In this document: positions 54,672 to 64,000 of the stretch, piece after piece | Layout of the letters: each line of letters begins with the position of its first letter | Position numbering within the stretch: position 1 is the stretch's first letter | Source of the DNA: Octopus vulgaris | Lineage: Eukaryota | Length of the DNA stretch: 64,000 bases | Direction: 5' to 3' | Assembly (NCBI GenBank): GCA_951406725.2 | Contig: OX597820.1 | Location: forward strand, 114,328,001-114,392,000 | The notes under the pieces: model-generated | What the model was told of the DNA's origin: nothing | What the model saw: only the letters and a program-made list of their open reading frames with translations | Databases searched by the model: none | Translations under genes and position numbers: made by a program

Positions 54672-55080
54672 TATAGAGTTTAAAAGGGAGTAAAACAAAT
54701 CATTTGGTATTAATAGTCATTTGGTATTGTTAATCTTTGGAATGGAAACAAGTAAACTATATACCATGCTATGCTGCTCTTTAACTAGAAATAGTACCAA
54801 AGGCGAAGAAGAATTGAAGTATGTCAAAACGATGACCTTTCAAAATTTGAAAATTCAACTTTTGACTAGATGTAAACTACTAAATAGTTTGTTAGTGCCT
54901 TATTTGGGGTCATAATTGAATAAATTGAAATGATGAAATAAAACACACATGCAAGATGTAATAGCTTCTGAGCTATGAAGAACTTCAAAGGTCAGTCAGC
55001 ATCTGAAAGACAAATCTTTCTTTGGATAGGACGCCAGTCTATCACAAGTGACTTTTCGAAATGGCTTGATATCTCTCTTT

Positions 55081-55130
<50 letters not shown>

Positions 55131-56364
55131 TGTGTGTGTGTGTGTGTGTGTGTATACTCAATAGAGCAAGGTCAACTGAAACCGAAAGTGTATTACCTAA
55201 ATATATAAAGAACTACCTTTAAGAAATTTCAAAGATAAAAACGTAGAAGGTAACAGCCCAGTACCATATCCACTTAGCATTTGTTCTAGAAGTTGATAGG
55301 GTACTGAGCTACCAAGCAGGAAATCAAACATTTGTATGCTGTCACAAGTGCTGTAATGTGTTTCTAGATCAGAAAAGAACTTTTCAATGCCCCAAACTAA
55401 CTGTCTAGATGTAGGTGTTGTAGCTAGACAGAGTCCACCACAATAAGTATGGAAGAGCTGAGATGGTCTTGTCTATCAGGCAAGCATTTTGTTAGTTTCA
55501 GTGCCAAGCTCAAATCCTGTTGCAAGCATAAACTGGAATGTTAAGTATTGCCAAGCTAACTTTCCTGAGATGTCCAATACAGAAGCAGGATGTGGAAGAA
55601 GCAGTGGTCATGTCTCCCTGACTCCTTAGGTCACACCATCAAACTTTAATTACTTCCTTCATCAATCAGCTACTTAACTATCTATTAGGAAATGTAATAT
55701 AAACATGAACAAAAAAAACTAGAAACTAAAATAACACTCAAAACAAATTTATGGAAGAACAAACTACCAAAAAAAAACTGGATGAACTCTCAACAATATC
55801 AAATATGAAGAAAAAATAAACTCTAAAGTAAAATTATAAAATATAAAGAGTTTTCAACTTTCCATATTTTTTTCTTTCCTTTCTTTTCTCTGGAGATCTT
55901 CATTGGAATTTTTCTAAAATATAATTATTTGTAATATACAAAGGTTGGTAGTGCTTAAACCTTTGGCTAAGCTCTATGGAAAAAGTGAGCAGCAACAGTA
56001 CCAATAAGTAAAAAAAAAAACCCCCAAAAAACCTATTGACAATGAATAAAAAGATGAAAATTGAGAAACTTTCTTTATAAAAAAATCCCCAAAACATGAA
56101 TTTGTGTATTTTTGCTGGACTATAGTAAAAAAAAAAAAGTGTGTGTGTGTATAGAGTTTTACAGATAATATAAGTATGTATATATGCATGTTTGTAGGAA
56201 TATACAAAGATGCGTGTACAAAAAGGCTACAAATGTATATTCATGTCAGAACATCTGCATGTATGTTTGCAGAAGGTACCAAGTTCATCAGAAAGTAGTG
56301 GAGAATAGAAGAGGAAATAGAAGGAATGTTCCAGAAACCAGAGCAACACCTGGCCAGGACTTAC

Positions 56365-56537
56365 TTTGCTCAATTACAGCAGGGATTGCGCCATTTGCAT
56401 CTGCCTCTTCTACGACAAGAGATTTGTTGTTTTTCTTTTTTTAGTATTAGCTGGCCATTCCAACCATCCTCATCGATACTCATACATACACCCATCTGTA
56501 TTATACTGACAATATTTCTTCTGAAACTGGCTTTGTT
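56365..56537 (-). other. Candidate stop-containing internal exon
   Basis: Acceptors at 56538-9 (tgtttcaaAG) or 56521-2 (gtttcAG); donor CAAA|GTAAGT at 56359-56364; GC- and CpG-richer unique sequence. Confidence 0.4.
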
Positions 56538-59500
56538 CTTTGAAACAGGAATTCATTAAAAATGTGAGTTAAAACCCTCAGACCTCCACAAAAGATATGG
56601 AGAAAAAAGAAAAGGGAGGGGAGCCATCTTTTGTACTACCACCACAAATATAAAATCTTAGGAAATGATGAAGTACTATGCAAGTCATCTCGTACACACA
56701 CACAAATAAAGCAGTTTATACATCAAGGTAAGTCAAAATCTCAAGACATGAGAATTAAAAATACAAATTTACTACATTATCATAAATGTCATTTGTCATA
56801 CCAAATGACAGCATAACTGCCAGAGCCTGGCTATGGATAATGCTTGCCTGTTCTTAGCGAGAAGAAATCAATTATATATATATGTGTGTGTGTGCGTGTG
56901 TGTTTTGTGTATGTAATTTGAATAATTAAATGCACTATTTCATGTACTGAATGTGTGCAAAAACATTTTCATAATATAATTTAAAATATGTATAACCCTA
57001 GCTTCAACTCTAAGCCACCTTGTAGATGGACGAGAGAAACCTGAGAAAAAGAAAGTGCAACATTGTATACTGCCTTCTCTAATTTTGCCTTTTTCCTAAT
57101 ATTTATTTACCAATAAAAAAAATGGCAGAAATTTTTTTAAATTTCTGGAGTTAATTGGAAATTGAAAGACCACCACATTTTAAAATACACTATAACACAA
57201 AGTATATATCATCATGATAATAGTGATATCTGGAAAATATAACTACCAGACCATTATGTTGTATATTTTTAAGATCAATAAAATATAATCGGAAGATAAC
57301 TAATTTAATATCATGATTTTTCTACAATAACTGAAATAAATGCAAAAAAAAAAAAAACCCCCAAAACAATAAGATAAATGCTTTTTTGGAGGGGGCTATT
57401 TTAAATCCTAAATATAATGAACTTATTGTATACGGTGCTCAGGTGCAAAAGAGAGATAGATTTGATCCAATATAAATTAAGAAAGCAAATGCAGGCACCA
57501 GTTTTTGTCCTATCAATAGCGGTATATTTAATATATACAATTATTGAATTTTGGTGAAGTTATTATATACCTTACATAATATATAGTTACAATGATAATT
57601 ATATTCATTTTTACTTGATTATTTCATAAAAGGTAAACACTGGAGTGTAATATATATACATGTATGTAATAATATTACAGAATGAGAACATAAATGTGAA
57701 TATATATGCATGTGTTTTCAAGACTAAAGCAATTTGACTTAGTCCTAAGACACAAGAGGATCAAATCACTTGCTAAATCAGTGTATCAAGAATATGCAAC
57801 CATATTCTGTGAATAATCATTGCTTAATGATAAATAAACCTATGAGGTAAAACTCTAATAAAAAACGGAAAAAAAATCAAGTATCAGATATAATGGATCA
57901 GTGAGTAAAAATTACAAGTTCACTTCATGACAAAGTTCTTATTGTGTATACACAAACAGATGTATACAGACATGATGTATACAAATATGCATTGTGCTAG
58001 GAATCTGTCGAAGAGTATTTGTGGACTTTAAAATTTTTAGTCATCTAAAATCTATGGACAAACATCAGATGTACACAGAAAAGAAAGAATAAGGTAAGTA
58101 ATCAGGCTTCTGCTATAAAAAGACTGGCCATTTTAAGTGATTTATTTAAAAATTTGGACAAGAAACAATCATTCACTGTAACAAACATTTATCACATAAT
58201 TCATAGAATATACACACTCACACATGCGATTTGTTAAAACAAAATACACTCAGACACACACACGTGTGTGTGTGTGTGAGAGAATTTGAAAATCAAAAAT
58301 CTTCATTAGACTAGAAATACATATATGTATAAACGCACACATATATGCAAACATATTAGCAATGAATTTCAGTAAGCATGTGCTTTACCATGCTTTTTCA
58401 ATTTTGAGATCTGTTTTCAAGAAAGGAGCAGTCTGAAGTTTTAATTTACTGATTGTTGTAAATTTGAAACCTGAGTGAAAGCAGAATGTGCATACATTCC
58501 TGCACACACAAATGCACGTCCAAAGACAATTTTATGAGCAGCTAAATACAGCAGTGACTCACACAATCCATTCTCCATCAAACTTTCTCAATTGTCTTTT
58601 GATATATAGACTGCTTTGAAAAGTGTATAATATCCATACAACAGGGAATGGTCTGAGGAATAATAGTTGGCATTTTTATTTTTAAGGAATGGTTCCAACA
58701 GCAGGTAAATATGAGGTATAAACTGGGAGTAGCTAAACTTTATATGTGAGTGTGTATCTATGTGTGTGTGTGTGTATATTATCTACAATGCTTATTAAAA
58801 GTACTAAAACAATGCTAGTTTGTTTTTTGTCTTGTATAATTTTTTTCCTGTTTTTGATATTTTTCTCTCGTCCCATTGTGTTACAATAATAATAATGAGG
58901 ATTGGAACAAAATTATGGGATTTCTTAGAAATATTCAAGAATTACTAAACATTTACATTTAAGATTGAATACCTCTGGGAGAAGAGGAGAAATAAAATTC
59001 CATCTAAAAAATAAGAATTTCAAGAATCATTTCTAAACTTTCAGGAAACTCCCATTTATGAATGGAAATTCTTTAAATATTTGAGAAAATAGAAAAAAAT
59101 AATTCATTGCATTTCAAAATATTCTAAATATATTTTTTTTAAATCTAAAAAATTTGATATTTCCTTTTATTTTTGGTTGAGTTAAATGATAATTTCTAAG
59201 ATTTCATCAAATTTTTATAGAAAACTTCAATGTCTTCAAAATTCTTATGTTTCTTATTTTCACCAACTGTCATACAGTTTTGGAGATCATTTTTGTTGTT
59301 TTTAACTGATTTCAGTGTTCCAACGGGGTTTATTTAATTGACTATTAAGAGATGAACAACAAAGTCAATCCTGGCAGAAAATGAAGTCAGAACATAAAAA
59401 GACGCAGCTGAAGAATTCAAGGCCTTTAATCTGACACTATCATTTTTGCCATTCCACTTAGATAAGTATTATCGGAGCAGTAGAATAGCAGAAACAGCAG

Positions 59501-60263
59501 AGCAATGGAAAAAATATCTTGCAGTAATATTAGTTACATCATCCTGCATTGAAAGTCAAATACCACCAAAGTAAACTTTGCCATTCAGTCTCTGAGGTAG
59601 ATAAACAACTACCAGCTAAATACTAGTTGATGTAATTGACTGTCCCTCACCACTAATATGGCCTTGTACCCATGTTAGAAATCATCATCGTCATTATTAT
59701 TATAGCTCAATAAGAGAGGAAAAATTAAGAAACAACAATTTTGATTATATTTCAATAAATTTCATTGAATTGATTTTGCATTGCTAAAATTTTGAGCAAT
59801 GCAAGAAGGGAGGTGAAAACAATACGCTTGAATATGAGTGATCTATGAGTAATTAATTAGTATATATATATATGTGTGTGTCTGTATCTTTTGTTTCACT
59901 TTATAAATCAGGCAGGGAAAGGCATATGAAAAAAATGAATTTTTTAAAAAAATCATTTTTTACTGGGGGAATGTAAGGTATGGGGGGGGGGGGGAGCTTG
60001 TGGGGGTATTTTATCTTTTGTTTCGTTCAGCCAATAGTCCCTGGTTTAAAACTGTTCAGTAATCATTATATACAGACATCATGACTTCATACATGCCATG
60101 GGAAGAGAATATAATGGGGGAGAAGGGAAGAAACAAGTGGGGGGGGGGGAGGCAGTGTGTAAAATAGGTAGAAGGAATTTGATAGTGGTGATGGTGGGTC
60201 ACAAAGACAATGAAGACATACAGACAGACAATGTGGACAAGACGAAGAGTATTTGTGACTTAC

Positions 60264-60284
60264 CAAGTAACATTTTACCACCCG
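60264..60284 (-). other. Candidate 21-nt microexon
   Basis: cacttatttaattAG|CGGGTGGTAAAATGTTACTTG|GTAAGT; open in phase 0 (RVVKCYL) and phase 1 (xGGKMLLx). Confidence 0.35.
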
Positions 60285-60830
60285 CTAATTAAATAAGTGG
60301 ATTGAAATAAAACCCCTAATCCAGCCCCAAAAGAGAAAAATTAAGTGGATATTTTATTTGAGGTAGGAAGGATAGAATGATGGGCCATAGGATATGAAGA
60401 TGGCAAACAGATTTGGGGAAGCTTTTTCTTTCTTCCTAAACTGTATTTTTTTTCTAACCATCTTTTCTTTTTCACTCAAAAAGATTAAAAAGATAAAAAC
60501 AAAAAAATATATATATACAAATCATAAGTTTTCAAGACTAATATTTTGTCCTCCTCCCTTCTTTTACACCTGATTAATACAAGCAACAATAAGTATAAGT
60601 AAGATGTCTTTTTTTTTTACCACCCTACTCTTTTCTTTCCCGTAGTTATAGAAGTTGAAGGTGGAGAGAACAAAACAAAAATAACAAAATTTTTTTAAAA
60701 ACAAATCATAGGGCTGGTGGGCAAGGGTGTGGGAGAGCAGAGATCAAGCAGATAATCAGGCTGCAAAATGCTCAGAAGTAGTGGTTAATATAATGATTGG
60801 CTGATTCAGTCCGCATGACACAACAGCACT

Positions 60831-60863
60831 TCATTCCAATTGGTCGTTAGCGCCTTCCAGAAC
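60831..60863 (-). CDS. Probable coding part of a terminal exon (VLEGANDQLE* phase 0; xSGRR* phase 1); weakly resembles the SYNCRIP/hnRNP Q short-isoform C-terminus
   Basis: Textbook acceptor ccctttttctCTAACcattttacctAG|G with branch point; CpG-rich; U-rich 3'UTR-like sequence follows. Confidence 0.45.
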   Translation of the reverse strand, partial: VLEGANDQLE

Positions 60864-61112
60864 CTAGGTAAAATGGTTAGAGAAAAAGGGGTGTTTTTTA
60901 AAAACAACAAGCTTTCCATCGAACAATGAAATTTTTTTTTTTGTTTTTATTCGACATCAAAATAACTTAAGAAAAGAAAGAGAGAAGATGCACATACATA
61001 CACATATAAATATATATGTTTATTTTTATAAAAAAAAGAAAAAACATTATGCAAGTTCATGATCAGAAAGTACCTGTATGTTGAATATGTTTCTGTATGT
61101 ATGTATGTATGA

Positions 61113-61183
<71 letters not shown>

Positions 61184-61261
61184 ATTTAAAGAGCCAAGAG
61201 AAAGCTAGCGTCATGGTTCATGCCAATATTGCACAATGCTTCAATGCGAGATTATTTGGGT

Positions 61262-61285
61262 TCAAATGAGATTACTTTGAAAGTT
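61262..61285 (-). other. Candidate terminal mini-exon (NFQSNLI*)
   Basis: Strong acceptor ttttttctgtcttcttacaactAG; CpGs retained downstream. Confidence 0.3.
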
Positions 61286-62136
61286 CTAGTTGTAAGAAGA
61301 CAGAAAAAACTGTGGACGTATGTATGTGTATGTATAAGATTCTTCCGATTTTCCAACTGTTGGTACTTGTAGATACATATATATATATACACACACACAT
61401 ACACACATATATATATATATACATCTTTCTTCAATAGAGCTCCAGGCAAATGGTGATAGTTGTTTATACATATAAATCTATCAGATCTTCCCACTATATG
61501 TCACATGTGCTGCATGTAGGATGAGGGAGACAAAGAAAGAGAGATGGAGAGACAGACTGAGGGAGATATATATAAAGTTACGAGAAGGGCAAGGGTTAAT
61601 GGGTAGCAAAAGCACGTAATTTTTTATTTTTTGTTTAAACACTGGTTTCATGCACATCATGCCTCAACCTAAACCATGATCTTCAAAGAACCCCTGGGGT
61701 GTCTCCTCCTAGAAATAACGGAATAAATTATCAGAGATAATAACTTGAAAAAAAAAGTTTATTTTTAATAAATATTTTAAAAAATATACAGAAAAAAAAC
61801 ACCAATTTAAAGCATCTTAGCACTAGATAAGTTCATATATATATATGTATATATAAAATTAGGGACCTTACTGAATGACTGCATAGAATTTAGTATTTAA
61901 TTCAATAAATGACCACTATTTTGATGACAGGCAGCTACAATTAATTTCCACTTCCCTTTCAGTTTAAATGTATGTAATAATATGTAAGAATATTAAATTC
62001 CACATGCTTGAAGTCCAGCTCCAATAAACTTAATATATAGTTTGAAATGAAGGCAGTAATCAAACATGCACACTCTGAAAGTGTGTGCATGTGGTTTATA
62101 AATAATCTCATTTTAAGAGACATTATTTAAGTATAT

Positions 62137-62510
62137 GGAAGCACTCCGTCGGTTACGACGACGAGGGTTCCGGTTGATCCGAATCAACGGAACAGCCTGC
62201 TCGTGAAATTAACGTGTAAGTGGCTGAGCACTCCACAGACACGTGTACCCTTAACGTAGTTCTCGGGGATATTCAGCGTGACACAGAGAGTGACAAGGCC
62301 GGCCCCTTGAAATACAGGTACAACAGAAACAGGAAGTAAGAGTGAGAGAAAGTTGTGGTGAAAGAGTACAGCAGGGATCACCACCATCCCCTGCAGGAGC
62401 TTTAGGTGTTTTCGCTCAATAAACACTCACAACGCCCGGTCTGGGAATCGAAACCACGATCCTATGACCGTGAGTCCACTGCCCTAACCACTGGGCCATT
62501 GCGCCTCCAC
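62137..62510 (-). mobile_element. Young family-C tRNA-SINE, third tail type
   Basis: Head ggaggcgcaatggcccagtggttagggcag...ggtttcgattcccag; CpG-rich; TSD-like tatttaa(g/a)tatat at 62124-62136 and 62512-62524. Confidence 0.9.
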
Positions 62511-62683
62511 ATATTTAAATATATAAAATAGTAATAATATCTACCTATACACACACACAAAGTAGAGATAATTGTACGAATAATAGATATATGTGCTTAT
62601 GTTTGTTTACAAGCATAAGCAGATACAATTCATTCAACTTTTAAGTTTTATATGTATGTATGGTATGAATATGTGTGTGTGTT

Positions 62684-62719
<36 letters not shown>

Positions 62720-62723
<4 letters not shown>

Positions 62724-62992
62724 AGTGCCACCTCAATTGGCCTCCGTGCCGGTGGCATGTAAAAAGCACCAACCGATCATGGCTGTTGCCAGCCTCGCCT
62801 GGCACGGGTGCTGGTGGCACGTAAAAATCACCCACTAAACTCATGGAGTGGTTGGCATTAGGAAGGGCATCCAGCTGTAGAAACACTGCCAGATCAGACT
62901 GGGCCTGGTGCAGCCTTGTGGCTTCCCAGACCCCAGTTGAACCGTCCAACCCATGCTAGCATGGAAAGCGGAAGTTAAACGACGACGATGAT
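62720..62992 (+). mobile_element. RTE-type 3' end copy
   Basis: ggaagggcatccagctgtagaaa...gcatggaaagcggaagttaaacgacgacgatg. Confidence 0.88.
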
Positions 62993-64000
62993 TATATATA
63001 TATATATATCTATCTATATATATATAATCAGATCCAAGTGTCTAATGTAGGAAGTAAGCTTTGAGCAGTCCGTTGTAGGTATGAAGAAACAATGTTCAGG
63101 AACAATTATAATTCATTGGTTTCAAAGGTAGTAGGCTTTTCCCATATCAAAATTTGATAAGCAGAAAAAGTTTGCTGATAGCTCCTGGTTAGCAACAGGA
63201 GATGCTATGAATGCAAATAAAAATCCCAAATTAACTTGCCAAAGATGTACTTTCAAATTATATCTGCAGTAAGATTCCTTAACAACTATGTAACCTTCAT
63301 ATAATTACAGTCTCTTCAGTCCGATGAGAAGCTAGTGGAGTACCCCTCATCGAGTAATGTAAATCAAGGATCTGCTACCTAGGAAGCAGATGTAGCCTGG
63401 ATTTTACCTGCTCCACCTTTTCAATTTGGATATAAGATTTATGTAAAGTACAAATTGATTCATGTACTTTTCAGTACTTAAATATTTCACTAACAGCATT
63501 CAGTTCTTATTTTTTGCTGACATACACCCAAAACATATTACACACACACACATTTACAAACACACATATTTGTGGATGGGTATTACAAATTGCAAAGTAT
63601 ACGGAATGTATTTTTTTCAATGTCCCATACAATTACATTTCAGAGAGATCCTCAAGAACCGTGATACAAGTAGATGTGATTAAAAGTTTCAATTTCAAAA
63701 TAAAACTCTACATACATATGTGTGTTTAGTAAAATATATATATATATAGAGAGAGAATGTGTGTGTAAAGCATCTTAACAAAAAGCATGTTGATTTAGCT
63801 TCAGGCCAGCCTTCACCATATATACCTATGAGCAAAAGTATTCCAGCCAGGACTTTCAAGTTCACATGAAATTTTGATAGAAAGATCTTATTTCAATCAC
63901 TTTAAAATAGCAAGTTTGTACCAGAGAAACAAGTGCAGTCTCTAATAGGTTGGTAACAAAAGGGCTACTTAAACTAAAGTATAGGATAAATAAATATTGT

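Noticed and set aside
62430-62510. tRNA gene (also 5570-5641 and 30950-31018)
   Set aside because: A/B boxes are present but there is no convincing cloverleaf or acceptor stem; the sequence continues into a SINE body with TSDs.
63322-63400. H/ACA snoRNA
   Set aside because: An ANANNA lies between the hairpins, but the stems are too short and there is no terminal ACA box.

Overview
Eukaryotic, AT-rich, microsatellite-saturated DNA. The repeat families (tRNA-derived SINEs, RTE-clade LINE ends with (GAT)n tails, a CR1/Jockey-like remnant, Penelope-like scraps, TTAA-flanked MITEs) resemble those I associate with coleoid cephalopods, most likely Octopus (inference). No complete gene is visible, and almost all ORFs in the supplied track are microsatellite or repeat artefacts. 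The most interesting signal lies between the repeats. From about 3.1 to 61.3 kb the minus strand carries roughly 25 3' splice-site-like motifs, each followed by a short reading frame ending in a stop, and many sit in small CpG-retaining patches. The best one (60831-60863, VLEGANDQLE*) recalls the short C-terminus of SYNCRIP/hnRNP Q. The window may therefore be the 3' part of a large minus-strand gene with an array of alternative last, poison and micro-exons. This is unproven and needs RNA-seq. Structures seen directly include a 139-bp near-perfect palindrome, a ~400-bp-arm inverted duplication, several TSD-flanked insertions (one internally inverted), SINEs sharing one head with three different tails, and orientation-biased SINE clusters.
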